This document shows positions 27,787 through 43,436 of a DNA stretch of 64,000 bases, piece by piece. Each line of letters begins with the position of its first letter. Within the stretch, counting starts at the first letter, position 1. This DNA is from Eledone cirrhosa. Its lineage: Eukaryota. The stretch lies in contig OZ024741.1 in assembly GCA_964016885.1 (NCBI GenBank), positions 369,644,001-369,708,000 of the forward strand, written 5' to 3'. A model generated the notes under the pieces. The model was given only the letters and a program-made list of their open reading frames with translations, was not told the DNA's origin and made no database searches. The position numbers and the translations under genes were made by a program.

Positions 27787-28250
27787 AGGCAGCATGGCCG
27801 AATGGTTAAGGTGATGGCCTCACATTCATTAGCTTCAGGTTCGATCTCTCTATAGGGAATCTTGAACAGTTGTCATTTACCATAGCATCGTGCCGATTCA
27901 TGAAATTTTGAGTGAAATTGGGCAGACAGAAACAGTTTGGAAGCCTGGCGGATTGATTGTTTCTATAATTCAAAAGGCCAGTCTTATCTTACATTGTGTC
28001 ATGCTAAATGTTCCTGAAAATTATGTTAAAACTACACGCGTCAATGAAATACTCAGCCATACAAGGTGGGCTGTACATGTAATTTAAAGGGTCAGCCTTG
28101 TCATACTGTGTCATGTTGAAACTCTCTGAGAACTACGTTAAGCGTACACGTGTCTATGGAATGCTAAGCCACTTACAAGTTAATATCATGAGCAGGCTTT
28201 AATCAAACAGCTGGAACTCTCATCTCCGAAAACGACTGCAGTCCATTCTA
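27787..28250 (+). mobile_element. Second tRNA-derived SINE family
   Basis: tRNA-like head ggcagcatggccgaatggttaag...ggttcgatc. The body is shared with 38375-38705 (+), ~20040-20510 (-) and ~54290-54510 (-). Confidence 0.75.
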
Positions 28251-29704
28251 TCCTGTTGAATTCAAAGAAGTTATTAACTAGCTCGCCATTTCTCTACATT
28301 GCGAGCGAGTTGAATGTAGTTGAGTCCTTTTATCTACTCATCAAAAACGGCATAGGGGATCTTGTAAATATTAAATTTATATTATAATGACTGTACAACC
28401 TTTTCCCCGCCTGTCACACATGAACACCACACTCCGTCAAGAACGTTCTAGCTTTTATTTTTATTTAGAAAAAAGAAAGGAAACTATTGTCAGATCTAAT
28501 CCAGGAAACTTTGTTTTCATTGGTCTTTTCTTTGTTGATACTATCTCCTGGTCGCAACTCCTGGCAGAATGAGTAACGTCAAATAAGGTATTTTGCTCAA
28601 GAACTTAACACACCATTCGGTCCACGAACCGTACCAACAATCTTGTAATCGTGAGTCTAACACCCTAGTTACGAGGTCATGTGTCCTCTCTTTTCTATTT
28701 AGAATTCATGGGACATAAATGAAAATCTAGTTAAATCTACGTCTGACCACCTTCCCGCTTGATCTACTGAGAACAAAATAAGAATAGGATGGCCATGGCT
28801 AGACATCCTTTGATTATAATAGGTTTACACAGAGCTGACACCAGAAGCTAAGAGGACGATGACACCACCATCACAACAACAATAACATCATCATCAGTAA
28901 TTACCAATTATCTCTTAAGTTTACAGGATTGGGAGCCCAAGTTAAAAGGACTTACAATGATTCCACAACAAACCACACTGAATTAACTCACACACATATA
29001 CAGATGCACAGATATACACTCATACTTAAACACTCGCACACACACACACACACTTACGCTAACAAACACGCACACGGCCACTCACATTCACACAACACTA
29101 TAAATACACAAACACATTCACACGATAACATGCAATAATACAACACACTCACACGCCAACACACATTTACGCACCAACACACATTGACACACCAACACAC
29201 ACACACGCAAACACAACTCACGCCAACACACACGAAACACACACTCACACGCTAACACACATACACACACAAAAACACACGCAAACACACACTCACACGC
29301 AAACACAACACATAAGTCAACAGACACACGCAAACACAACTCACACGCGAACACACGATTACACGCGAACACACACTCACGACAGTACATTTACAAACCA
29401 ACACACTCACACGACAACATACATTTACATAGCAACAAACATACACACACGGCACCATACACTGCACGACAACATACACTAACACGACAAAACTCATGCA
29501 GACACACACACGCACAGTATAATTGCTTCTTCAATATGAGATCTGCACTCTAATTGATTGTCTATGTGAATAAAAACCAAAACTACAAGTGAACTAGCGG
29601 TTAAAACGTTGATACGTGCCTTTCCTTAAAGCAAACGATTCGTGACGTCACTGATGCAGGACCTGTGGTCGGATAGACAAGTGCGTTCTGCCAGAAAACT
29701 ATAT

Positions 29705-30142
<438 letters not shown>

Positions 30143-30196
30143 ATATATGTGTATAGAAAACGAAAAATCAGTGATGCATCTGGACTTAGTTTATTT

Positions 30197-30287
30197 CGCG
30201 TTACAAATGTTTCGCCGGCATGTAGCTCGAGTCATGGTCCTTGTATGGATCTGGCTGATTCTACTTCTGCGGGTTCTTTCAGACACG
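30197..30287 (-). ncRNA. Hammerhead-like motif (core with one extra A)
   Basis: Minus strand reads CGTGT-CTGAAAGA-[ccgca..gtag/ctac..tgccgg]-GAAAC-ATTT-GTA-ACGCG, followed by AATAAA. Confidence 0.55.
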
Positions 30288-30305
30288 GGTGTTATGTCCG
30301 GAGCA

Positions 30306-30396
<91 letters not shown>

Positions 30397-30530
30397 GGGT
30401 CAGGACCCCGACAGCTAGATCCGAACTAGTGTATATATATATATATATATATATAATTGAATATAAAAGAAAAACGAACACAGGTATATAGGTATATACA
30501 TATATGTGTTCAAATCGTAAGGGACCAGAT

Positions 30531-30610
30531 TCACCCACTGATGAGCAAGAATCGGTATCCCTCTTCACAATTAATTTTGCGAAACACCATTACCAAAGCT
30601 GTCTGGGTGA
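30531..30610 (+). ncRNA. Type I hammerhead ribozyme, intact core
   Basis: TCACCCA-CTGATGA-GCAAGAAT...ATTTTGC-GAAAC-A...T-GTC-TGGGTGA, with a perfect 7-bp stem I. It is flanked by inverted repeats at ~30457-30527 and ~30719-30784. Confidence 0.85.
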
Positions 30611-30966
30611 TTGGTAGTTACTACAATTCTGGTTTGTATTTATTTTCTTGATTTATTCTTAAATTAAGTCTGGCAAACCCTATTGTCTATAGTTAGTATT
30701 CCTTTCACCTTAGCGAATGTGGTCCATTACTATTTGAACACATATATGTATATATCTGTGTTCGTTTTTCTTTTATATTCAATTAAATATACGGCTCGGA
30801 AAAATCTTTCCTAGAGCTATTTTATTGTAAAAGATTATTTTGAGTTTCTAACTCAATATATACCTTTGATATATATATATATATATATTAGAAAGTGAGG
30901 TTTTTTTTACAAAATGAAAAATAACCGAGGTGTCCTACGCGAGTGAAAGTATAAAGAAAAAAAGAT

Positions 30967-31818
30967 GAAATCGAAAATGCAACTGGAGTCTTATATATTT
31001 ATTTGGTTCCTTTACCGGTTTCGCAGTTCTTCTGCTTTTCAAAAGTAGAGTTGAGATGGAGGGTCTGTGGGTTTTCTCACATCTGGTTGGTCTTTGAATG
31101 TTACTTGTTTTATATGGAAAAACGTGGCTCGAAACGCCAGGTTTTTAGAGAAGTAATTTGATTGGTTGGTCAATAATTATAATAAATTTCGCGCCAGTTT
31201 GCGTTACAAAGTTCTTCAAACAAGGAGGGGGGGGGGCTCAGGTTGTTTTTTCATATATGAGTGTTTGAGTTTCTTTTTACTTAAAAAAAAAGGGTTCACG
31301 AAGGCTTTTTCTTTAATAAACGTAATTTGATTGGTTATAAATGAAATTATGGCTGTCACGTGAACAAGTTTTCATTAAATTTCGCGCCCGTATTTGGAAA
31401 TTTATTCTGTGGCCTTTTTAGAGAATTTTATGACAATCAAAAGATAATGGTCAAGAGAAATGGTAAAAAGTAAAAAGAAATTCAAACACTCATATATGAA
31501 AAAAACAACCTGAGCCCCCCCCCCCTTGTTTGAAGAACTTTGTAACGCGAACTGGCGCGAAATTTATTATAATTATTGACCAACCAATCAAATTACTTCT
31601 CTAAAAACCTGGCGTTTCGAGCCACGTTTTTCCATATAAAACAAGTAACATTCAAAGACCAACCAGATGTGAGAAAAACCACATATGTGAGAAAAACCAC
31701 AGACCCTCCATCTCAACTCTACTTTTGAAAAGCAGAAGAACTGCGAAACCGGTAAAGGAACCAAATAAATATATATATTTAAAAAAAAATAAGACTCCAG
31801 TTACATTTTCGATTTCAG
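30967..31818. repeat. Inverted repeat (~320-350-bp arms) with a degenerate minimal hammerhead in each arm
   Basis: 30967-31283 pairs with 31467-31818. At 31722-31757 the sequence reads CTT-TTGAAAA-GCAGaagaaCTGC-GAAAC-CG-GTA-AAG, followed by AATAAA. Confidence 0.85.
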
Positions 31819-31824
31819 CTTTTT

Positions 31825-31887
<63 letters not shown>

Positions 31888-32332
31888 TTTCCGTATCTTC
31901 CCAATTTAAAACATTTAAAATATATAAATATTCTTATTAACCCCGTTAACTTAATTACTTACATTAAATATAAACCAATATCCCTCATAACCCATTAAAA
32001 CAATTATCTATAACACGATATACCCATCTATCCATTCATATATCTATTTTTCTATCTATCTACTTTTCTATCTATTGATTCTTCTATTTATCTATTTTTC
32101 TATCTATTTATTTTTCCATATATCTTTCTATCTAATTTTTTATATGTATTTATTTTCTATCTATATCTATTTTTTCTATCTACTTATAATAGTAAATATT
32201 ATATTAGAAAAGAATGTTATCAACTAAGTAATAGTAAATATACGTACCATTAGTAGATATAAACTTAAAACTTACGTTACATGAGTTCTATTCATCCTCT
32301 TGTAAATTTCTCCTCTCATAATATTAATATAT

Positions 32333-32510
32333 TGGCAGTATCGGTAGAGGGTCGGACGCCATGCTTTCCAGCATAGCTACGTCCCTTTACGATCTGAGTT
32401 CAAATCCCGCCGAGGTTGACTTTGCCTTTCATCCTTACGGGGTCGATAAAATAAAGTACCAGTAATGCACTGGGTAATTGCTGGCCTTGTGCCTAAAGTA
32501 GAAACAATGT
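32333..32510 (+). mobile_element. tRNA-derived SINE (dominant family)
   Basis: Near-identical to 19355-19530. Confidence 0.85.
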
Positions 32511-32715
32511 TAATATTTTTTCTCTCTCTCTTTCTTCCCTATCTTTCCCCAGCGTCATTTAAATAAACGGTTGTTTTTTCAATTATTTACACATTCATTT
32601 GCATATTCACACATAACTTTGAATAATCCCTAATATGTTTCCCCTATCCAGTGAATTTCCGACCGATAAGGTATGATTTTCATGGGTACGTCTTTATTTA
32701 TAAAACAAACTTTGT

Positions 32716-32778
32716 ATTTTATCTGATGAAAGCGCACCAAGGTTGGCTTGGTTGCCCTTGAAATATATATAATAAAAT
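32716..32778 (+). ncRNA. Type I hammerhead ribozyme (AT-rich family, copy 1)
   Basis: ATTTTAT-CTGATGA-AAGcGCAcCAAG..CTTGgtTGCcCTT-GAAA-TATATAT-A-ATAAAAT. Confidence 0.75.
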
Positions 32779-32907
32779 AAACATGGTTTTATAAATATAG
32801 TTTTCATTTATTTAATATCATGGAATATTTACTCCAGTAACTTGTTGAGTGCTCTAAATCAGTTATAAATATTTATGTTTGTCGGACTTCCAACAAATTA
32901 AATACAA

Positions 32908-32966
<59 letters not shown>

Positions 32967-33279
32967 AATGTAAAAAAGTAACACACGATTTGATATATAT
33001 ATATATAAATAAATAGAAAGGAAAAAGATTATTTCAGTAGGAAACGTTGAAGAGATTTTTTTTCAGTGAGATATAAAAACATTAATTTATTTACAATACT
33101 GGTTTCAGCATTAAATGCTTTGTCAATTGCGGATATGCAGAATATTGTTAAGTTGCATATTTTACAAATAGTGATAATAGTAATAATAATGATGAAGGAA
33201 ATGAAAATAAAAAGAGGAAGAAAAAAAATTAATTTTCACATACATGTTCATTCATGGAAGTCATTTCTCTGTCCATCCT

Positions 33280-34595
33280 AGGTTAACATTAAGTATAACA
33301 TTAAGTGCAGCACAGGACGTTACAGGACGGTACGAATGGGAATTTCTGCGTGTAAAGTAAAAGAACACAGAAAATGACAAAAAAGAAACAAAGGAAAATT
33401 CCCCAATAGGGACATTCGTGGAGAAAGCCCATTAAAAAAAGCCACGGTGACCCTGACCACCAGGGCAAATGTCCTCTCACAGTTTTCCACCTTCAATTTA
33501 CAGGCATATACTCAGAGTAGGTCCATTCACTCGGGCCATGCTTGCCTCTCTGACCCATCTTTCAACAAAAAGCTGGGAAGAGAGCACCCCCCTCTCTACT
33601 CTGATTTTCCTTTTCAAATGAAATTGGAAAAAGTTAATCAGGGCATCACTGAAGAGGTAAGTGCTCGTCTTCAGCCCTTTCAGACGCGTCCACCATACCA
33701 TCTCTTTTGCCATGGCCACCAGACAGATAAAAACTGCTTGCCCTTCCTGGCGAAAGGAAGACGGCGGGGCAATCCTCACGATGGACTCAGCCGATAGCCG
33801 GATCCGTCCTACACGCGACAGCAGGCGTTCGACATAAACTCACAAGTCAACAATGCTCGGACACTGTACGAGTGCGTGCAGGACGGTTTCGTCGCCCTGC
33901 GCGCATCTCGGACATGCCCCACTTCCATGCCTGTAGAGTTTATCCCGAACTGACAAAGATCCTCGGTAGCACTGCCAGCCCAGGGATTTCTGGAAGTTGT
34001 CCATGGGCCCCGGCCCGAAAGTTCTCCAGAAGAGATTGGCTAGTTGATTTTCGTTGACGCTCAGAGTCTCCCCAAGGACGTCGTCGCTCTTTACCTCGAC
34101 TAACCCTCTATAGAACGCCGAGGTGGAGTTTCCACCGATCGCATTGCCCGATTGGTCGAGGGCTGTAAGCGCCTGAAGACATTCCAGTTTCGAAGCGCTC
34201 CCTCTCGATCTTCGCGTGACCCAGGACTACAGCTCCGCCAAGGAGACGAACTGAGAAAATACGTGTCTAGCAAACGGCGATAACAGCTGATCACCGTCGA
34301 AGAAGAGGTGGAGATGCCGTAGCCTGAGCGCATGTTTGCGCATCATCAGCCAAGTCTGGCATATGTACGTAAAGCTAGTAGGGAAGACCATCCAAACCAG
34401 GCGATTTACCCATCGTGCAGTCAGCCATTGCTACCCATATTTCCGCGGCTGTTATCGGCCTTTCGCAACGCTCTGGATCAGTGATCGAGAGCCGCGGCAG
34501 TCCGTCGAGGTAGGCGCTAAAGTCCATCCTGTGATCTGACCCACCGCTGCCTCCGAACAGCTGAGCGAAGTGCCGCTGAAAAGCCGCACACAAGG
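33280..34595 (-). mobile_element. Internally deleted, decayed L1-Tx1 ORF2 and 3' end
   Basis: MCAAFQRHFAQLFGG...GKSPGLDGLPY matches ORF2 at ~62.4-62.6 kb. The C-terminal LINE-like segment reads VRVERGVLSSQLFVERWV. Confidence 0.85.
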
Positions 34596-34770
34596 ACGAG
34601 GTGTTACATCTTCATTACATTTATTGATTGATCACCTCAAGGCTCGATCTGTATCCATCTGGCCTGACTCTAGAATCAAAACCTAGTCGGACTTCTGTTA
34701 TGGTTATGTATATGTATACATCCATACCACCATACATACATACATATATATCTATAGCTATATATATCCA

Positions 34771-34801
<31 letters not shown>

Positions 34802-34929
34802 TCTAATATATATATATATATAATAGCAGAACACTGGAGGGTTATATCCGTAGTAGTAAACCACTCAGTCCACGGGACGAGTTTGGTGAAACATTTGTTC
34901 TCGGTATGGTGAACTAGCTGTTGTGGAAC

Positions 34930-35029
<100 letters not shown>

Positions 35030-35135
35030 CATATGTATGGGGGTAAAGGTTGAAGACCCACCCCCTGGTCATATATATATACATGGCCTCAGCCGGATGG
35101 CTGGAACAGGTAAAAGAGTAAAAGAGTATATATAT

Positions 35136-36199
<1,064 letters not shown>

Positions 36200-36520
36200 G
36201 CTCGGTTTGTTTGTAAACAAACAGCCCGAATTAGTAGCCGTACCGTGTTCGGCAACCATCGTTGCCTTTTTGTTCAACACTGACTAAAGAACCATGACTA
36301 GTTTCTAGCTTATTAGCTGTAATTATATGTGCATGTATGTATGTATATAAATACTAGTGTACGTCTGTATGCATATATGTATGTATATAATTTTGGTGAG
36401 TATATATGTTGTTTTTATTAATAGATAGATAATTTAAATATTTTTTACATGTGAAGAGTTACGATGGATTTTTGTTTACATTTTCAATTTATGTTTTAAG
36501 AAAGAGGAAGTAGTTCTATT

Positions 36521-37550
36521 TTATTCTTGGTTGAGAGCCTTCACAAACTGCTTCATCAACCCCAACTTAATGTGCAGTAGCGGCATGAGCACAATCCTGG
36601 GATCAACCAGTGGCTCCCACATGACGTTCCGGGTCCCAACTACAAATTCTGTTCGCTGCTCCCAGTTCTTTCTTTTGTAGTGGTCAGAGGTGGCTCTGCT
36701 GTCCCAAAGGCAGAGGAAGCATTGAAATTTGATAAAGCCTCCTTGGAGTCCAAGCAGGAAAGCCATCATCTTGAAGTCTCCAATGATTTCCCAATTGTAC
36801 TGGTTGTATTGCAGAGCTTCCAAGAGAACTTTCACACTGTAGTAATCTTCCTTCAGGCAGACTGAATGAGCTAGGGGCAGTGTCGGAAACTTGTTTCCAT
36901 TGTGGAGGAGGACAGCCTTCAAACTTATGGTGGAGCTGTCTATAAATAGCCGCCACTTCTTGGGCACAAACGGCACCCCAATAACGTCAAACAGTCCAGG
37001 CACGTCATGGCAGAAGCAGAGGCCATCCCTAAGAGTGTAAAAGCCTGAGAAAGGTTCGTGTCGACTTCTCTGACTTGTCACCTTCACTTCCTCCTTCACC
37101 AAGTTCCACTGCTTCATCCTGGAGACGAATAGCTCTGCATTGGACTTGATCAGATCCATATCCCTGACCAAGTCATTGACTTCTTTTTAGTTTGGGAAGT
37201 GAGGAACTTTTTCTGGTACCCCAGTATCAATAAATCTCTTTAATCCACTTTTTAACAATTTTATACTTTATTGCACTTTTATAACTTACTTTAGATATTA
37301 CTCTTTATTTTATAATTTTAATTGAAGCTGAAACATATATAAAAAAATCATTTAACATAAGCAAATTAAACTTACATACAACGTAAAATCCAGCATACAA
37401 ATAATTCCAGTGAATAGCTTAAAATGTTTACAAACCCCAACTTTTAACTGTTTAATAGCACTTTTTAATTTATTTGGGACCTAAGCAACACAAAAAAAAA
37501 AGTGATTACAAGCTAGGAACAGAGAAAACAATTTTTTTTGTTACACGGTG
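36521..37550 (-). mobile_element. Chapaev3-like (CMC) DNA transposon remnant: one terminus plus a transposase fragment (ORF 36521-37171)
   Basis: Motifs WRLFIDSS..SLKAVLLHNGN, GDFKM..LLGLQGG..K.QCFLCLWDSR and PLLHIKLGLMKQFVKAL. The terminus reads CACCGTGTAACAAAA in reverse complement at 37550. The family assignment comes from recall of these motifs. Confidence 0.7.
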
Positions 37551-37753
37551 CAATTTACGGTGTGCTGGAAGAATTTTAATTATAAATATTTAAATTTACC
37601 TAGCGTCTAAATATAACGATCTTTTTCAACTTTACGTTATCCTCATTAACATATTCATCCTAAGATTTGAATTTCTTTTTCACTATTCAAACAGAACTTA
37701 AAACGATAAGTTCTTGTTTTTGGATATGTCACTATCTGTAAAACAACTTTTGT

Positions 37754-37812
37754 ATTTTATCTGATGAGAAGGCGTCAACATTTTGGTACCCTTGAAATAT
37801 ATATAATAAAAT
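37754..37812 (+). ncRNA. Type I hammerhead ribozyme (AT-rich family, copy 2)
   Basis: ATTTTAT-CTGATGA-gAAGGcGTCAA..TTGGTacCCTT-GAAA-TATATAT-A-ATAAAAT. The flanks are homologous to 32700-32820. Confidence 0.75.
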
Positions 37813-37863
37813 AAATATGGTTTTATAAAGATAGTTTCCATTTATTAATATTATTGATATATA

Positions 37864-37930
<67 letters not shown>

Positions 37931-37969
37931 ATATATATAAATATGTGTACATATGTATATATTCACACA

Positions 37970-38055
<86 letters not shown>

Positions 38056-38165
38056 ACACATGAAGGACTTCTGCCGAAACGTTGAAACCTCCTCCACTTC
38101 CACTAAGCATAAACCTAATATAATGGTGTAAGATTGCCTCCTGTGTTGTTTTTTGTTTCATTTAT

Positions 38166-38231
<66 letters not shown>

Positions 38232-38374
38232 GACACACACACAGACACACATATATAATATAACATAAAGAGACAAATTAAGATAGAGTTAAAGAAAAAG
38301 ATGAAAGTGTGCAAGTTGTAGATGAATTATTAGGAAGACAGGCACAGAGGCATATATACTGCTATATGTATGGA

Positions 38375-38705
38375 TGCAGTATGGTCGAATGTTCGCTTCG
38401 TAATCATTAGATCGCAGTTTCAATACCACTGCTTATCCTCATGAGCCAGTGTCATTTACCAAAGCTTCGGGTGGATACATACTTTGTGAGTGAATCTGGT
38501 TAGATTAGAAACTGGCTGTAAGCCCGTAAGATGTACTGAACCTGTAATTAGAAGGATCAGCCTTGCCACACATTATGTCACGTTAAATCTCTTTGAGAAT
38601 TACATTATGTGTACACGTGTCTGTTGAATGTTCAGCTTCTTACTCGTTAATTTCATAAGCAGGCTGTCCTGTTGATCGAAAACTAAAACACTCGTCGTCG
38701 AAATC
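38375..38705 (+). mobile_element. tRNA-derived SINE (second family), decayed
   Basis: Similar to 27787-28250. Confidence 0.7.
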
Positions 38706-38742
38706 GACATTTGTCCATAGTTCGATATGTATCTCTCTCTCC

Positions 38743-38896
<154 letters not shown>

Positions 38897-38969
38897 ATCT
38901 ATCTATCTATACATACATACATATAGATACTCATCCATGCATACATACGTACATACATGCGTATATGAG

Positions 38970-39355
38970 GATTGCAGCGTCTTCACAGACGATTGCCGTC
39001 TCTTATTGATTCTTCGTTATCATCCCCCCATCTGCGTACATAACTTCGCAGATGACTTTGTAGGCCAGCTGTAGATCTGCATGGTTTACATGTGACAAAA
39101 GAGAGTTGTGCTTTCCACAGGACCGGCGAGTTCATCCAGTGGGACACAAACAATTTTATGTACCATCATGTGTCTTTTTAATCTGGAACTAGTTCTACAC
39201 ACTTTGTTGCATATCATGCACGTTGTTTCGCCAGGTCTTTGTTGAGTGGCATTGCAGGTGGTTATCCTTTCATGTGACTTCAGTTGATTAACATAACCAG
39301 CCTTTGAGAGGAGTACACGCTGACAGAAATTGCATGTCCAACTACTGATGACTTC
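38970..39355 (-). pseudogene. 3' fragment of a LINE (RTE-like) with C-terminal C2H2 zinc fingers
   Basis: CNFCQRVLLSKAGYVNQLKSH...CMICNKVCRTSSRLKRHMMVH. Confidence 0.55.
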
Positions 39356-39421
39356 ATACATACATACATACATACATACATACATACATACATACATACA
39401 TACATACATACATACATACAT

Positions 39422-42400
39422 AGTCAGTCAGTTAAGGCGATCAGTAGCACATTTTGGCGTTGGAGACTATTCATTAAATTTAAGATGAATGCTATCTCCG
39501 ACAGTAAGGCCACAACTACCATTCATGTTGAATAACTGGATATTCTTCTAACTATATCCACTGAAGACACCTTGTATTCGAATTCGTAGAGATATCCGAC
39601 TAAATACATAATTCATTCTACAAGGATTTGCTACAAACACAATATCAACAAAAACAATTTATCGAACACAAGGAGCGTAAACAATTTACCGGAGAAAACC
39701 AGTGAGAAAATCAATGAGAAAGGTAAACAAAATTTATTCAGTTGTAACTACAGAAGAAACCGAAATTATAAATCGCATTTCTCTTGGAGCTGCGAACTTA
39801 TTGATGATTTATTTAATTGTTATAAAATGGCGAAAAGAAATCCCTCCGTTGGCTATAAGAACAGAATGAAGCTACACTTGGACGAAATACATCCAGAGCT
39901 AAATCATTTCACAACGAAACAATTACGCCAACAAGCGACGTTTGTTGAATGTAAAAATAAGATAAATATTATTAATTGTAAGTCCCCCACAACAAACATG
40001 GAATCAACAACACGTGCTACAGGTCGCCATGCTACTAGACTTCCTAACAGCCAGGTCGAACAGTGCCTTGAAACAACTAGGTATGCCTGTAAGAAACTTG
40101 ACACCACCTGTACCATCTAAGTCTACCTCGAATGCTGGAGAAAACACTATCGATAATAATAATAATCGAAGAAATTTGACACCACGTGTACCATCCGGGC
40201 CTACCTCGACTGTAGTGGAAAACACTATCGATAATAATAATAATCAAAAGTATAAACAATTGAAAATTTCCCTCAACGAAATCTTCCAGAGAGGAATTAA
40301 TTCATGTATAAACATTTCTCTTGCTGAACGTAATAAATAAAATAAAACCAATTAATGAAATCTTACGTGCTATTGGCAAAATAGGGGATGAATATTTACG
40401 ACGGATTAAAACCCCAACATTTTGGCAAATCAACGCCTGTTTATATGTCCTAGTAACGACAGGGAAGCATCATCATCTTGGTGACAGCAGAGATATTAAC
40501 AAGAACAAAACACCACAAAAAATACCATCATATATAACTAAAATAGAAAAAAAGATTGGTGACCTACGAAAAACTATAGGATATGTGACAATGCTCCTTA
40601 CATGCAAACAAAAACAAAACTAAAAAAACTTCACTCCCCACCAACAAAGAGTGAAAAATAAAATAGAAACGATGTTTGGTAACAGTAGAACCAAAACTCT
40701 TCAATATAAGCTGATCACCCTCAAACAAAAGTTGAGAGCTGTCCGCGAGAAACGTCGATACCAGAAGGTAGATGAAAGAAAAGTTCTTAATAAAAGATTC
40801 AAACGAAACCAAACAACAGTCTATAGAGATATGAAGGGCAAAATAATAAATGTCACTGAGGCCCCATCCCAGAAAGACATAGATTCCTTTTGGAGAAAAA
40901 TATGGGGCGAAAAGAAGAATTTCAACAAAGATGCAGTGTTTTCTAAAAGAAATCCAAAAGAACTATTGCTCCTACAATACAACAAAAATAGACGAAATAA
41001 ATGAGGATACCCGTGAGACTGTGATAGGAAAACTCCAAGATAAGAAAACACCAGGAAGAGACATGATTGTCGGCTATTGGTACAAAAAAACTGATATTCT
41101 ATCGGATGTTTCTTATTGACCTGTACCAGCTAGCTCTGAAGAGAGATACACTTATACCAGAATGGTTGACATTAGCACAAACAATACTGGTCCCCAAGAA
41201 CAAAGACACCCACTTGGCAAAAAACTACCGACATGCCAGAGCCTGATGTATAAGATGTATACAGCCTGCCTGAACCTATTTCTCCAAGATCACTGTGAAA
41301 ATAATAACATCATCAACTTAGGAGGAATATGGCTACAGTCTGGCGGACTACAGGAAAGCTTTCGATCCTGTTCCCCACTCTTTGATGATAGAGGTCCTCC
41401 GACTTGCTAAAGTCTCAGACATTATTATCAGAGCCATAGAGAATCTGTCTTCTTCTTGGGCTACTATCCTAAAGTTAAAAACAGAGAAGGGGGATTCTAT
41501 TTTCACTGATAAAATAGAATATCACAGGTGTATATTTCAAGGAGACAGTCTATCTGTGATACTATTTATCCTGCCATTATACACCCTGTCCTTTCTGCTC
41601 AAGAAATGTGAAGGATATATCATTAACTCACAGGAGGACAGAAATACGAACTAAACCCATAATTTCTTTATGGATGAAACTCTATGCCAAGAACATAGAT
41701 AGGATGAAAAAAAATCTTGACCTGGTTACAACATTCTTAAAGGATATAGGAATGGATTTTGGCGAAGATAAATGTTCATATATAACTGTAACACGGGGAA
41801 AAACTACAACCCAATCTACCAACATTTTCCTCAATGGCCTAACTGTTTCACCGATATCTGATGAGGACTGCTACAGGTACCTGGGGATAGATGAAAACAT
41901 ATCCTTTAATGGTATTTGTAATAAGGAACGCGTAACCAGAGAATATTATACCCGATAAAGAAAAATATGGTCATCGGAACTCTCTGCGCACAATAAAACA
42001 GTGGCTCACAATGTTTTTGCTGTGACTGTCCTAACGCCAACGTTTGGAATACTCGATTGGACGATAGACGAAATCCGAGCAATTGATGCTAAAACTCGAA
42101 AAATACTAAACAACACCGGAAACTACACATCAACAGTGACATAGACCGACTCTACTTGAAACATAAGCAGGGAAGCAGAGGCCTAACATCAGTCCAGACA
42201 CCATTTTAATGCCGCATCATATCCATCCGACAACATTTACGAACCTCGAAGCGCAGGAGCCCATCTATCGAGCAAGTCTATCTGCATGAAACAGATAAGA
42301 TCGTGAGAGTTGGGAAGGAACTCCTTGAAAGATATTCCCAGCATGAGAATCAAAAACTCACACCCAAGGAAGTTGCCTAGCAGTACCGCAGTGAATCCAT

Positions 42401-43436
42401 GGATGAAAAACTGCATGCTTATCAGCAAAAAATCCTGCATGGATATGTTGCCAGGAAGCTCCAGAGTGAGAGTAATATAGATAAGGAAAGTAGTCTATCT
42501 TGGACCAACAACCGCTATATTGGCTCCCACTTTGAAGGATACGCTTTTGCAATCGAAGAACAGGAAATCAACACAAAATACCTGATTCACAAAAGAGATA
42601 GGGATGCAGGTAAAACACCTAAATGTGTCAACAAGTGCAGACTCTGCAGAATTAACATCTAAGATGTTACCCATGACATCAGCAGCTGTCCAAAGATGTC
42701 ATCGCGGTACTATCTACCCATGAGGCAAGATGTAGTGGCCAAAACACTGTACAATGCAATCCATAGAAGATAGCCCCGATAATAAACACATGAAAAGCTG
42801 CAGCAATATGGAAGACATCCATATACATAATATGAAAGAGTATTGCTGGAATGTTCCAGTAAAACCCAAATAAAATGCAGGCTTAACAGACCAGATATTA
42901 TGATATGGGACAGGGAAAATAAGTAGTGGAAGTTAGCTGTCCAGCAGATGCAAATATTATATCAAAGATGAGCGAAAAGGAGAATATCTATGCAGAACTA
43001 ATGAGAAATCTGCAGATACTCCACCCAGATTTTTACCTGTGATTGTTAGGGCACTGGGATATGTTAGTAACTGCCTCAATATAAATCTTCAGAAGTTGGG
43101 CTTCACAGGAACAGAAAGAACACAACTAGTTAGGAAATTACAAGTACAATCCATTAATGGAACAGTAAAATATGTAAAACATTCCACACATTCTGCACGT
43201 AATAACTACATGTATACATGTCCATATACAAAACATATGCACATGCACACATACAACTATAAAAATACACATCTACATATACAATAACATTCATACCTGC
43301 ACACACATGCGTGCATACAGTTGATGTTGTGCATATAGTTGATGTTGTGTAAATTCTAATGAGAGAGACTTGTATCTATGTTAGAAACCGACTCTCTCTC
43401 TATTGGCAAACATTTGAGAAATTATAAAACCCAAAG
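39422..43436 (+). mobile_element. Near-full-length, frameshifted R4/Dong-like non-LTR retrotransposon (RT, CCHC and RLE) flanked by (TACA)n
   Basis: Motifs SFWRKIWG, KTPGRD, DYRKAFD.VPH, IFQGDSLS, FMDE.KLYA, YRYLG, CRLC..H..S.C, NRPDI..W..VEVSCP and a C-terminal VIV.ALGYV. (CATA)n tracts lie at 39356-39421 and 43437-43453. Confidence 0.85.

Noticed and set aside
27787-27860. tRNA gene
   Set aside because: It has A/B-box-like motifs but no clean cloverleaf, and it continues into a SINE body.
38057-38095. ATGAAGGACTTCTGCCGAAACGTT minimal hammerhead-like fragment
   Set aside because: The 5' core and stem I are missing, so it is too incomplete to call.
39086-39421. Host C2H2 zinc-finger gene exon
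   Set aside because: The ORF starts in a (TATG)n microsatellite, the fingers lack TGEKP linkers, and it resembles LINE C-terminal fingers.
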